The notes: generated from the letters alone by a model not told the origin. A stretch of DNA of 64,000 nt from Candidatus Rifleibacteriota bacterium (GCA_018818125.1 JAHISQ010000034.1:30592-94591), one strand, 5' to 3'. Shown: positions 18,621-28,144, numbered from the stretch's first letter. Program-made: numbers and translations.

Positions 18621-19460
18621 TTATCGCCAGGGTTGGCGGTATTTCTGCTCCAGGTAGTATGCTTCTTTTTCCATGGGAATGTCAAAATCTTTGCTTCTGC
18701 CAGTAGAATCTGCCCATGCACACTGCAGACCCCAGTTCATACTCCAGGCTGTATCGTCTACCCAGTTATCGCCGATTCTTTCATCGAAACCCTTTAAAAA
18801 GTTGCCGATACGCAGTGGATACATAGAGTCACGCCGGTATTGAAAAGTATGAACCAGCTCATGACCAGCATGCATCCCGTCTTTGTTGGTTGTAAAATTA
18901 TTCGCATTGCTGTAAGCCAAAGCACCAGAGCCATTGAGAGTGCCGTCGGTGGTTACACTGCGTTTGAAGGCCAGAGTGCCATAGTGAAAACTTCGGTTGA
19001 AATCGAGTTTTGAACCTTCAAGCAAATGAATAATCGGTGCCACTACAGCGTTTAAAGCAGGCTTTATCCTGATATCACCATCCTTGGCTATTAGCCAAAC
19101 TGGTCCAATATCCATTCTGAAAACAAATTTATCGCCCGCTGATTCGGCCAGGGAAGCCCCAAGATTAACCATGCACTTTGCCTGCCAGGCTTTAAGAGCA
19201 GATTCTTCCTGCAATGTGGGTGCCATTTTAAAGCCCTGATACATGATATACCCGCCAAAAGCAGCCTGCAGAACTGCTTTCTCAATATTCTGTCCATTAT
19301 GATACGCCCTTACAGCGGCAATTGCTGCGGGAAGGGCAACGTTGATCATCACAACATCCCTGTCTCCAAACGCTTTTACCCTGGCATTTGAGCAGGTAAA
19401 AATCATAAGTGCTGCTACGAGCAGCAACGCCGACCGTTGCAGAAAAATTGGGAACTGCAC
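18621..19460 (-). CDS. Putative secreted zinc metallopeptidase (HExxH)
   Basis: N-terminal signal/anchor region. HAGHELVHTFQYRRD contains HELVH, which is an HExxH motif. No further family assignment is possible by eye. Confidence 0.45.
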   Translation of the reverse strand: MQFPIFLQRSALLLVAALMIFTCSNARVKAFGDRDVVMINVALPAAIAAVRAYHNGQNIEKAVLQAAFGGYIMYQGFKMAPTLQEESALKAWQAKCMVNLGASLAESAGDKFVFRMDIGPVWLIAKDGDIRIKPALNAVVAPIIHLLEGSKLDFNRSFHYGTLAFKRSVTTDGTLNGSGALAYSNANNFTTNKDGMHAGHELVHTFQYRRDSMYPLRIGNFLKGFDERIGDNWVDDTAWSMNWGLQCAWADSTGRSKDFDIPMEKEAYYLEQKYRQPWR

Positions 19461-19547
19461 AGAATGACCTCGAGCTGTTTTTTATCTCTGTCGGAATGTT
19501 TACCCGATTAATGAATGATAAATTGTGACATGTACAGTCGCTGTTGG

Positions 19548-20675
19548 TCAGGGCAGCTGGTAAAAAACCTGAACTTTGCAGCGCCAGATGAGTGACTGCG
19601 AGCCGGCAAGATAGGCCAGTTTCATGCTTAAAATTCTAAATTTATGGGCATAGGGAGACATTTTCCGAAGGAAATCACTTAGCGGCTTAAAGTCGCGCGC
19701 AGCTACCTCATAGGTTGTTTCAAGAATCTTGTTTTCGGCATCTCGCTCAGCTGTATCACTTATTGCAACATCAACTTCTTCAGCAATCAGCTTAACGAAC
19801 TCACGCAATTCAGAGATTGGCTTGACGTCTTTATTTTCAGTCCCCATGCCGGCAATTTCGAATTTAAGATCAAGCAGCTTTTCTTCGCCCTGCGGCGGCG
19901 GCGCCGAGGTAATCTCAACCCGGCCACCACTTGCTTTTTCAAGCACAGCAGCAATAGCTGGTTTTTGAACCGTTGATGAACAGGTGATTTTAACTGGAAT
20001 CCAAACTGAGTTAGCTTCGCTGGTTGGCTCTTCAATTTCAATACCAATGATGTTATAGCTGGACTGGTCTTTGAGAAGTCTTTCAATTACATCGCATGCT
20101 TTTTCGCTGGCCGAAATTGGCAGCGGCCGGAAAATACCGGCAACACCCACAGTTTTTCCCGGCTCTGGCGCCACGGTTTTGAGCTTGTTGATAAAGCTTG
20201 TAATCTTAGGATTTTCAGGGTCTTTTTCGCGGGCAATGTTGACGTTGTGCCAGGCATTTTCATGTTCTTTCATGCGTGCCGCAATAACAGCGCGCATAAA
20301 GCGACCACCTGAGTGATCTGGCTGACGTTCAAAAACCAACTCAACTTCTTCAATGGCACGCTGATAATTTTTTTTCAAAAAGTGACGATTCGCAAGCTTC
20401 ATATGCACTGTTATGTAGCGTTGATCAGAATCTGTAAGCACCTGTTCTGAGCTGTCGATAGTGCGCCCGGTCGGCTGCGACGGCAGTGTGAGATTGACGT
20501 TTTTGACGTTTGTGCCTTTGGGTAAATTTTTATCCTGGTATTCACGAGCTTTGTCTTGCAGTTTGTCCCAGTCGATGTCGGCCGCAAAAAGGGTGACAGC
20601 GAGAGAAAATGCCCACACTGCAAAACAAAGTTTTACAGTCAATCCCGATTTGTTATGGCAACACTGTCGGTTCAT
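19548..20675 (-). CDS. Secreted or anchored hypothetical protein (375 aa)
   Basis: N-terminal hydrophobic segment LCFAVWAFSLAVTLFAA. No recognised motif. Lies immediately downstream of a STAS-domain gene. Confidence 0.45.
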   Translation of the reverse strand: MNRQCCHNKSGLTVKLCFAVWAFSLAVTLFAADIDWDKLQDKAREYQDKNLPKGTNVKNVNLTLPSQPTGRTIDSSEQVLTDSDQRYITVHMKLANRHFLKKNYQRAIEEVELVFERQPDHSGGRFMRAVIAARMKEHENAWHNVNIAREKDPENPKITSFINKLKTVAPEPGKTVGVAGIFRPLPISASEKACDVIERLLKDQSSYNIIGIEIEEPTSEANSVWIPVKITCSSTVQKPAIAAVLEKASGGRVEITSAPPPQGEEKLLDLKFEIAGMGTENKDVKPISELREFVKLIAEEVDVAISDTAERDAENKILETTYEVAARDFKPLSDFLRKMSPYAHKFRILSMKLAYLAGSQSLIWRCKVQVFYQLP

Positions 20676-20724
20676 CTGCTTTCCCGCGCATATTTGCGCA
20701 ACTGGCTGCGAAAAGTCGGGAAAC

Positions 20725-21084
20725 TCAACCGGCCGCTTCCGCTATCGCTGCAACAGCTTCCGCTTCGGTTGGATAGGCATCACAAAGCGTCATAACGCCG
20801 GTCATCTGTAATGCGGTCTGAGTAAGCTTGGAAAGGCCAGAAATTGCAACTTCACCCTCATTGTAATCAATGATCTGCACCATGATATCGAGGAGAGTTG
20901 AAAGCCCGGTAGAGTTGATAACCGGTGTTTTTTCGAGATTAAAAACGAAGTAGAATTGACCTTTGTTGATGAACTCAGTACATTGCTCTCTGAAAACCTT
21001 GCCTCCGATGTCATCGAGGTAGCCCTGAGTTCTGACAACAGTAACTTTGCCGTTTTGAATAATGTCTACATTAAAGTCGCTCAT
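20725..21084 (-). CDS. Anti-sigma factor antagonist (STAS domain, SpoIIAA/RsbV-like)
   Basis: 119 aa. Conserved phosphorylatable serine in the context VINSTGLSTLLD, followed by LSKLTQTALQMTGV. Length and pattern are typical of STAS. Confidence 0.8.
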   Translation of the reverse strand: MSDFNVDIIQNGKVTVVRTQGYLDDIGGKVFREQCTEFINKGQFYFVFNLEKTPVINSTGLSTLLDIMVQIIDYNEGEVAISGLSKLTQTALQMTGVMTLCDAYPTEAEAVAAIAEAAG

Positions 21085-21247
21085 ATCTGCGATGATAGGT
21101 AAACGAGCGCTTTTTTGTCAAGTTAATAGTTGTAGCGACAGAGATTAATGATTTTGACCAGCTCGATTAATACTTGACTATTGTTTGTCTTTGTTTAAGT
21201 TTGTTTATGTTTGATCTCAGCAATAAATTATTGAAATGGGGAACTTT

Positions 21248-21757
21248 ATGACCACAACAACCGGAAACGTTACATTCATGGGAAACCAGCTGACTCTGAT
21301 CGGCAGCCCGATAAAGGTCGGCGACAAGCTGCCGGCTGGCCTGACAGTGCTTACCAACGACCTGAAACCTTTCAACATCAGTGATGAAGCTGGCGTCAAA
21401 GTCATCACCACCGTGCCTTCTCTCGATACGCCTGTTTGCGATATTCAGGTGCGTAAATTCAACGAAAAAGCGGCCGGTCTAAAAGCCAAAGTGTTCGCAG
21501 TCTCTGCAGATCTGCCTTTTGCACAGGCTCGTTGGTGTGGTGCCGCTGGCATCAAGAATGTCAAAACACTCTCTGACCATGCGCAGATGGCACTTGCCGA
21601 TTCGCTTGGCATTCATGTCAAAGAACTGCGACTTCTCGCGCGCACTGTCTTTGTCATCGATTCAGCCGGCAAAATCGTATATCGTGAGATCGTACCGGAA
21701 ATCACCAGCGAACCAAACTACGAAGCTGCTATCGCCGCTATAAACTCAGCATCCTGA
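21248..21757 (+). CDS. tpx: Thiol peroxidase (atypical 2-Cys peroxiredoxin, Tpx)
   Basis: Peroxidatic Cys in PSLDTPVC and resolving Cys in ARWCG. Collinear with Tpx over its whole length. The ORF extends to 21236, but the ATG at 21248 has a GGGGA ribosome-binding site. Confidence 0.9.
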   Translation: MTTTTGNVTFMGNQLTLIGSPIKVGDKLPAGLTVLTNDLKPFNISDEAGVKVITTVPSLDTPVCDIQVRKFNEKAAGLKAKVFAVSADLPFAQARWCGAAGIKNVKTLSDHAQMALADSLGIHVKELRLLARTVFVIDSAGKIVYREIVPEITSEPNYEAAIAAINSAS

Positions 21758-21761
21758 TCGT

Positions 21762-21812
21762 AAAAAAAAGCTGGCAATCACCCCGCCTTGGGGAGATTGC
21801 CAGCTTTTTTTA
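21762..21812 (+). terminator. Rho-independent terminator after tpx
   Basis: AGCTGGCAATC...GATTGCCAGC hairpin, with an inner CCCCGCC/GGGGAG element, followed by T7. Confidence 0.65.
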
Positions 21813-21820
21813 TATGCGAA

Positions 21821-23035
21821 TTATGGCCGGTTGCGGTCAAGTATGCGACGGACGCGCTCGCGTTTGCTGCGCAACCGGGCAATAAAATCGTTCATATCTG
21901 AGCTGGTTGCGCTATGAGTGTTTCCGAGCATTGGCTGCACAGGCTTTGGCTGTTCGGGCTCAAACGCACTGATTATTCGATTAATTACTCCGAGAGCTTC
22001 GAATCGGCTTACACGCTCATTGCCCGCGAAAATATTATTATTATAGCCCAGTCTGATACCGGCTCCAGCCAAAGTAGCAAGCGCGTCAGCTTCCTTGCTG
22101 CCACTTTTAACATCAGAGTAAAGAATCTGCTGGTCAGTTTCACCGTGTGGCAATGCGCGAGTCAGTATGGCAGTCATGCAGGCGAGCACGTTACGACTGG
22201 CCGCCCGTCTTTTACCAGAATTCTGCAACATAATCTTGATTTGCGAGAAATGCTCTGGTTTGTTGAGTCGCGAAAGAATTCCCTGTATCAGCAAACCGAG
22301 GTCGCCCACGGTTATGCCACCGTTTCCATTTAAACGACGCCCCAGATTTGTCAGGTCAAAAGCGCCAACGTTACGCAAATTGAGAAGAGGGCGGGTCATA
22401 TAGTGGTCCTGTGGAACATCTGCAAACAATGCGAAGCGCTGTTCTCCGCCATTTTCGCTGATCAGACCATGCAGCCTTTTCAGAAACCATATTGCTTCTT
22501 TTAACTTCAGGCGGTCATCTGGCCTGAATTTGCCGTCAAGGCCACCAAGAATAACACCAGTCTGCATTGCATAATCAAGTGCCGGACCATATTTTGAATC
22601 AGGCTGCCAGTCCTTGAAACTGCCGCCGAAACTCACTTCTTCAGGCCTGGGAAGACCGTCCTGAATCCAGGCAAACATGATCGTGCGGAGAATAACTTCG
22701 CATGCTTCACGGCGCGTAATGGTTTTGCCAGGCTCCTCAGAATTAATGATGCCATTAAACAGGAGTTCCTGGCGATCGTAGCTTTTAATTAAGCCGGTTT
22801 CGACAAGAACTCGACTCAGACTGCTTTGAAAAGCTCCCTCGCTAATAATTCCGTTAAGATCTCTGCTATTGAGTTCCTGTGAATCAAACAGGCCAAGTTG
22901 CCTGGAAAAGGCTACTTCAGGACTAAGTGAAGTCTTTGCTGACGCCATAAGCGATAGCGGTTCTAACGCCGAAACACCGGCTATCGCCGCTATCAGGAAA
23001 CCAGCCAGGAACTCTTTTTTGCCCAGTGACATCAT
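21821..23035 (-). CDS. Secreted protein with SLH-like (S-layer homology) repeats
   Basis: Signal peptide. Three segments resembling the SLH consensus: FADVPQDHY..., GVILGGLDGKFRPDDRLKLKEAIWFLKRL and GKTITRREACEVILR. The call is motif-level only. Confidence 0.35.
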   Translation of the reverse strand: MMSLGKKEFLAGFLIAAIAGVSALEPLSLMASAKTSLSPEVAFSRQLGLFDSQELNSRDLNGIISEGAFQSSLSRVLVETGLIKSYDRQELLFNGIINSEEPGKTITRREACEVILRTIMFAWIQDGLPRPEEVSFGGSFKDWQPDSKYGPALDYAMQTGVILGGLDGKFRPDDRLKLKEAIWFLKRLHGLISENGGEQRFALFADVPQDHYMTRPLLNLRNVGAFDLTNLGRRLNGNGGITVGDLGLLIQGILSRLNKPEHFSQIKIMLQNSGKRRAASRNVLACMTAILTRALPHGETDQQILYSDVKSGSKEADALATLAGAGIRLGYNNNIFAGNERVSRFEALGVINRIISAFEPEQPKPVQPMLGNTHSATSSDMNDFIARLRSKRERVRRILDRNRP

Positions 23036-23172
23036 ACGCCTCCGAAGGTAATCTAAAAAATTTACAATTCACCTTCAACATCGGCAGTATTGTAAAAATG
23101 ATTAATCTCTATAGAGGCAGATACAAATCAAATTTATTTTCTTTTCGCACAAAGGCACAGATCTGTCTTTGT

Positions 23173-24150
23173 TTATCTAAGTTTGATGCGATCTTTGTGG
23201 CGCTTAACAAAATACACGTTGAAACCATCTACCTTGGCCAGATCGTAAACCGCGTTAAAAGGGCGGCCATCGACGATTTTTTGAGCCTTGGTTTCCGGTA
23301 TGCTGAAAAACTCGGCAAGATCGGCAGAACTGGCCGTGTTGATGTTTATCTGATCATTGCTGCTTTTGGCTGTCTGTGATGCACTGCTCCAGGTTTCATC
23401 GTAATCAGCAGTTTGCGCCGCTATCGCGGTTTCTGAAAAAATTCGACCAGCAGCCTGATAGGCACCTAGCCAGAAATCTACTATCTGCTGCGTCGAAACA
23501 GCAATCTGCCGCTCTGCCATCACCCTGACCTGCGCCAGGCCGCTGCCGTTGCGATAGGCGCCGCCTATTTCATCATAATAACGATTGGCCTCTGCTGCCA
23601 TAGCCTTAACCCGCTCTTCTACTGATGTAACAGACCGATATTCTATATTCGGGAGCGCCAGTTCCTTCAGAACAGGGTTGAGGTCACGCTCGAACATACT
23701 GTGATATTCAGACTCGTTTTCGTCGGAATCGCGACCAGCAGTGTGCAGCGGCTGGTTTATGTCGGCAATGTAATGTGACATCAGTCCCAGCACGTAAGCA
23801 ACAGCATCGGGACTCTGATTAGTTCTGATCAGTTCGACCGCCTTGTCAAAAAGTTGCTGTACTCGATAAAGGCCACCTGTAGCTGAACCGCCCGGATGGT
23901 AAACATGATTGATAAAGTCTTTAATGAGAATATCAGGGTCAGTAGAGCCTTTAAGAAAATGGCTCTTCTGGCCGGAAAACTCGCGCCTGAAACTTTCAGG
24001 CATCAGTCTGACCGCATCGGCGGTGATTTTGCGATGCGTATGATATGACCAGGCCAGCAATGGAACATCACTGCTCCACAGCAGCAAAAGTATTGTCAGT
24101 AGAATTTTTTTCACAGTCACCCCATAATGATACATGATTTTCAACCATGC
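23173..24150 (-). CDS. Secreted zinc phospholipase C / S1-P1 nuclease-like domain fused to a C-terminal ComEA-type helix-hairpin-helix DNA-binding domain. Start is uncertain: the ORF extends to 24273 and the signal peptide begins near VKKILLTILLLLWSS.
   Basis: The mature N-terminus WSYHTHRK (Trp-1/His of the family) and HYIADINQPLH point to the zinc PLC / S1-P1 family. The C-terminal ININTASSADLAEFFSIPETKAQKIVDGRPFNAVYDLAKVDGF closely matches the ComEA HhH motif. Confidence 0.55.
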   Translation of the reverse strand, partial: AWLKIMYHYGVTVKKILLTILLLLWSSDVPLLAWSYHTHRKITADAVRLMPESFRREFSGQKSHFLKGSTDPDILIKDFINHVYHPGGSATGGLYRVQQLFDKAVELIRTNQSPDAVAYVLGLMSHYIADINQPLHTAGRDSDENESEYHSMFERDLNPVLKELALPNIEYRSVTSVEERVKAMAAEANRYYDEIGGAYRNGSGLAQVRVMAERQIAVSTQQIVDFWLGAYQAAGRIFSETAIAAQTADYDETWSSASQTAKSSNDQININTASSADLAEFFSIPETKAQKIVDGRPFNAVYDLAKVDGFNVYFVKRHKDRIKLR

Positions 24151-24306
24151 ACCAAGACGTAAGAACACGAAACTCAGTGCAGAATTCGCGAGAAACCTGG
24201 CTGGGAAATTATCAGTGCCAAAAGAAAAAGCGAAGCAATACCGACTTTGCGGATTGCTTCGCTTTAATTTCACAATGCGGGCTCTATTTGAGCCCCAGAT
24301 TCAATA

Positions 24307-26355
24307 TCAGCTGCGAGAACGACGACCGGCGGCGAAGGTCTTAGTGTCAGTGCGGTTGCGCTTGGTCGGCGGTCTTTTGCCGGCAACTTTGGTGCTGGTT
24401 GACTTTTCCGCGAATTTTTTGCGCTCTGGTCGTTCAGTTTTTGGTCTGACTTCAGACTTGAAAAAACTCTGCGTAAAAGGTGCCGGACGGGTTTCAGGTC
24501 TGGCTTCGCGATTGGTTTCAGGTCTGGTCTCGCGATTAGCTTCAGGTCTGGTCTCGCGATTAGCTTCAGGTCTGACTTCGCGATTGGCTTCAGGCCTGGT
24601 CTCGCGATTGATTGTCTGCTGTTTATCAGTGTGGCGTGAGCCTTTGTCGAGAGTGATTTCGAGCTGACGCTTGCATATCCATGCGCCTTTAAGCTTATTT
24701 ATCAGCTCTGGCTGCATGCCTTCTGGCAAGTCAACAAGACTGAATTCGTTGAAAAGCTTAATGCGGCCAATATATTTGCTGGCCATGCCAGTTTCGCCAG
24801 CAATTGCTCCAACGATATGTCCGGGCTGCACGCCGTGGTCACGGCCAACTTCGATTCGATAGGTTTCCATGCCTTCTTCGGATTCGTTGTCAAGACGCCT
24901 GACTCGACCGCGCGCTGATGGTTTGCGGTCGTTATCAGAAAAGTCGCGAGAATCGCGATAGTCGCGGGAGTCGCGATAGTCGCGGGAGTCGCGTGAGGAG
25001 TGAATCGGTTCGCTGGGCTTTTCATACTTAACCTGCAGCAACAAGGGCTTGTCGCCCTGAAACATACGGGCAGTTGCCGCAGCGATTTCAATCGGGTCGG
25101 CCTGATGCTCAGCACAATATTGCTCAACAAGATCTTTAAAGATTTTGAGGTCACCACCGTTAATAGTTTCGTGAATCTTTGCCTTGAAGGCGTTGATGCG
25201 TTTGGTATTGATAAAATCGGCTGTTGGCAGCTCCATGTGAGTGATTGGCTGTCTGGTTGATCTTTCAATCATCTGCAGAATACGACGTTCTCTCGGTGAA
25301 ATAAACAGGATTGCTTCGCCGCTGCGGCCTGCACGACCAGTGCGCCCAATGCGATGCACGTAGCTTTCGGGATCATGCGGAGCATCATAGTTAATAACAT
25401 GACTGATGCGATCTACGTCAAGACCACGGGCTGCTACATCGGTAGCAACTATGATGTTGAGTTTGCCCTTTTTGAGCTGATCGATAATTCTTTCACGCTG
25501 ATTCTGCGGAATATCACCATTGAGAGCAGCGGCGGCAAAACCACGATTCTGCAGCTGTTCTGCAACTTCAAGAGTATCAATTTTGGTCTTAACAAAAATC
25601 AAAATTGCGTCAAAAGTTTCAGCTTCAAGTATGCGCGATAATGCATCCAGCTTGTGCATGCCGCTTACCGGCCAGTATCTCTGCCTGGTGGCTTCCACGG
25701 TGCTGGTGCGCTGTTTAATCGAAATTTCTGCTGGATTATTCAGGAAGCGGCGTGAAATCGCTCTGATATCGGCCGGCATGGTTGCTGAAAACAAAGCAAT
25801 CTGTCTATTCTCGGGAGTGCGCTCAAGAACCCATTCTACGTCTTCTTTGAAACCCATGCGAAGCATTTCGTCAGCCTCATCGAGAACGAGGCATTTTAGT
25901 GAATCAAGCTTGAGAGTGCCACGGTTGATATGGTCCATAACACGCCCTGGAGTGCCAACTACAATGTGAGCGCCACGACTAAGGGCGCGCAGCTGGCCAC
26001 CATATTCCTGACCACCGTATACTGCTATGGTTTTGAATCCGCGCATATGAGTCGCGTATTTTTTGAATGATTCAGTAACCTGAATTGCAAGTTCACGAGT
26101 AGGCGTAAGAATCAGCGCCTGTGGCTCATGAAGATTAAGGTCGATCTGGTGAAGAATTGGCAGTGCAAAAGCGGCGGTCTTGCCGGTGCCGGTCTGTGCC
26201 TGGCCGACTACGTCGCGGCCTTCAAGCATAACGGGAATCATCTGCGCCTGAATCGGCGTTGGAGTTGCATAGCCTGAGTCGGTAAGAGCCTGCATAATAG
26301 GAGCAGAAAGATCGAGGTTTTCGAAGCCAGTAATTTGGGTGTCAGTAGAGGTCAT
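24307..26355 (-). CDS. deaD: DEAD-box ATP-dependent RNA helicase (DeaD/CsdA-like) with a DbpA-type RNA-binding domain and a repetitive basic/acidic C-terminal tail
   Basis: Q-motif region, motif I AQTGTGKT, PTRELA, DEAD, SAT and HRIGRTGRAG are read directly. The C-terminal tail contains RDSRDY x3 and RPEANRET x5 repeats. Confidence 0.9.
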   Translation of the reverse strand: MTSTDTQITGFENLDLSAPIMQALTDSGYATPTPIQAQMIPVMLEGRDVVGQAQTGTGKTAAFALPILHQIDLNLHEPQALILTPTRELAIQVTESFKKYATHMRGFKTIAVYGGQEYGGQLRALSRGAHIVVGTPGRVMDHINRGTLKLDSLKCLVLDEADEMLRMGFKEDVEWVLERTPENRQIALFSATMPADIRAISRRFLNNPAEISIKQRTSTVEATRQRYWPVSGMHKLDALSRILEAETFDAILIFVKTKIDTLEVAEQLQNRGFAAAALNGDIPQNQRERIIDQLKKGKLNIIVATDVAARGLDVDRISHVINYDAPHDPESYVHRIGRTGRAGRSGEAILFISPRERRILQMIERSTRQPITHMELPTADFINTKRINAFKAKIHETINGGDLKIFKDLVEQYCAEHQADPIEIAAATARMFQGDKPLLLQVKYEKPSEPIHSSRDSRDYRDSRDYRDSRDFSDNDRKPSARGRVRRLDNESEEGMETYRIEVGRDHGVQPGHIVGAIAGETGMASKYIGRIKLFNEFSLVDLPEGMQPELINKLKGAWICKRQLEITLDKGSRHTDKQQTINRETRPEANREVRPEANRETRPEANRETRPETNREARPETRPAPFTQSFFKSEVRPKTERPERKKFAEKSTSTKVAGKRPPTKRNRTDTKTFAAGRRSRS
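24491..24610. repeat. Five or six tandem 24-bp coding repeats (GGTCTGGTCTCGCGATTAGCTTCA and variants) in the deaD tail
   Basis: Head-to-tail 24-bp units read directly from the sequence. They encode the (E/T)RPEANRE repeats on the minus strand. Confidence 0.6.
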
Positions 26356-26779
26356 TTTAGTGTATATCCTTCAACATGTTTAAAGCCGAAAAAACCGGAA
26401 AACTCTCAGACATGCAGGAGGTTACGCGCTATCAAAGTGGATTTGCGCGGGCGCCCGGACAGGTCATCACAGATTTTTTCATGCACAAGCCGTGAAACTC
26501 ACGACAGTAAGCCGGTAACTTCGCTAGTTCTTATGGCCCCTTGCCATTAAAACCACATATCCCGCAGAGCGGGCCGGCAGAAAACCTTGTGCATGTTATC
26601 CGAACCCCCGGACATACGCAAAAGGGTATTTTCGAGGATAGCACGCATCCGTTTCAATTGCAACAACAATTTTAAAAAAGATGTACCAACCCAGCAGAAA
26701 ACACAGCTATCCATAATACTTTGCGCATAAATTAAACTAGAGCGAGGTAATACTCGGTCTTATTAAATGGCAGAAACAT
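26356..26779 (-). promoter_or_regulatory. Long (about 420 nt) leader/promoter region of deaD
   Basis: A 424-bp non-coding gap upstream of the helicase start with no convincing ORF. The deaD/csdA genes of enterobacteria are known to carry long structured 5' UTRs involved in cold induction. Whether that applies here is inference. Confidence 0.3.
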
Positions 26780-27409
26780 CTACAAAATCTGAGGGCAAAA
26801 ATGGTTGATTTCACAGTTTTCGCAGTTGGGCCTGCGGGCATTACAGCATTCACGACCGTGCAGAATCAGCAGATGTGAAAATTCTATCCAATGCTTTTTT
26901 GCGATAATCTGCATGAGATCCTGTTCAATTTTCACGGCATCGCGTTGCTCAGTCAGTCCCATTCGGCCTGAAAGACGAATAACGTGGGTATCCACAACGA
27001 TCCCCTCAGCTTTACCAAAGGCGGTACCGAGAATTACACTGGCTGTCTTGCGCCCCACTCCCGGCAGACTAATGAGCTCGATGATATTCTGGGGTATTTC
27101 ACCAGCATGTCTTTCGAGCAAAGCCTGAGCACAGGCAATGATGTTTTTCGCCTTATTGCGAAAAAAACCAGTAGAGTGAATTGCGACTTCAAGCTCAGCC
27201 TGCTTTGCCATGGCAAAGGCTACCGGAGTGCCATATTTTCTGAACAGTCCAGGAGTAACAATGTTGACGCGCTTGTCAGTGCATTGTGCCGAAAGGATGG
27301 TTGCTACCAGCAACTGCCATGGGTTTTCATGCAACAGAGCGCATTCTGGCGAAGGATACTTCTTTTTAAGTGCGGAAATGACGTCTTTTGCGAGTTTTTT
27401 ACGGTTCAT
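26780..27409 (-). CDS. nth: Endonuclease III (DNA glycosylase/AP lyase)
   Basis: HhH-GPD motif LPGVGRKTASVILG with the catalytic Lys region and Asp in VVDTHV. C-terminal 4Fe-4S cluster ligands C-x6-C-x2-C-x5-C (CCNARRPNCENCEINHFC). Confidence 0.9.
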   Translation of the reverse strand: MNRKKLAKDVISALKKKYPSPECALLHENPWQLLVATILSAQCTDKRVNIVTPGLFRKYGTPVAFAMAKQAELEVAIHSTGFFRNKAKNIIACAQALLERHAGEIPQNIIELISLPGVGRKTASVILGTAFGKAEGIVVDTHVIRLSGRMGLTEQRDAVKIEQDLMQIIAKKHWIEFSHLLILHGRECCNARRPNCENCEINHFCPQIL

Positions 27410-27415
27410 GTGGCG

Positions 27416-28144
27416 CTAGCCGGCGGAAGGCCCTGTCGAAGCCCGCTCAGCTTCTCCTACTGCACCCGCAGTGTTTGTCTTAGCAGCAGCAGGCGACTCT
27501 TGCGCGTCAACAGCCCCAGTATCAGCAGGCATGGTAACCTGCTCGGTCTTTAACGTCTGAGAAGCCGTTGCCTGAACCGGCTGACTATCTGCCTGAACAT
27601 TGTTTGCCGTAGAATCATTGCCGGCATTTTCACCTACACCGTCCTGCTTTTCGTCTTTGCCAAGTTCTTTGCGCAGTTCAACCATTCTGGCTTCAATAGC
27701 TTCGATCAGTTTCTTTTCTTCCGGTATAGAAGACGGATGAAAGAGAGCGACGCCGGCCATGGCAGCAAACAATGTTGCAAAACCTGTTGAGATCAGTCTA
27801 AGAAAATAACTCAGGTCCATGGCGCTGCCTATCGCCCAGAATATCGCCCAGACCAAAGCCGAAACAACAAAAATCATCATCAGCGTACAAACGAGACGAA
27901 TCGCGTAAGGCCCCTGGAATTCATCGCTTGAGAAATTCAATCTTCGCCGCAAAAGAGCTTCGATAGACTTGTCGGGATGTTGACCGCCCTGCATACGCAC
28001 AACAACTGAGCGCAAGAGATTGATCTGCTCAAGCCTCAGATAATCTTCGGCTAGAGATGGCTCCTGAACCGGAACGTCCGCAGGTTTTGCGGTCTCGGCG
28101 ACAGTTTTATCGGGCACTGCTGTTTTATTTGCTTCGTCAACCAT
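27416..28144 (-). CDS. Membrane protein with two TM helices and low-complexity acidic tails. The ORF extends to 28177, but the start is probably MVDEANK.
   Basis: Located 6 bp upstream of nth on the same strand. Two adjacent hydrophobic helices (IRLVCTLMMIFVVSALVWAIFWAIG, FATLFAAMAGVALF). Confidence 0.45.
   Translation of the reverse strand: MVDEANKTAVPDKTVAETAKPADVPVQEPSLAEDYLRLEQINLLRSVVVRMQGGQHPDKSIEALLRRRLNFSSDEFQGPYAIRLVCTLMMIFVVSALVWAIFWAIGSAMDLSYFLRLISTGFATLFAAMAGVALFHPSSIPEEKKLIEAIEARMVELRKELGKDEKQDGVGENAGNDSTANNVQADSQPVQATASQTLKTEQVTMPADTGAVDAQESPAAAKTNTAGAVGEAERASTGPSAG

Noticed and set aside
24134-24667. A + strand 177-aa ORF with repeating SRLASGLV units opposite the deaD tail
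   Set aside because: It is an artefact of the 24-bp tandem DNA repeats, which are open in several frames. The helicase frame on the minus strand is the real gene.
24491-24990. CRISPR-like array
   Set aside because: The repeats are 24-bp and 18-bp units with no spacers. They lie inside an open reading frame and encode peptide repeats. No cas genes are present.
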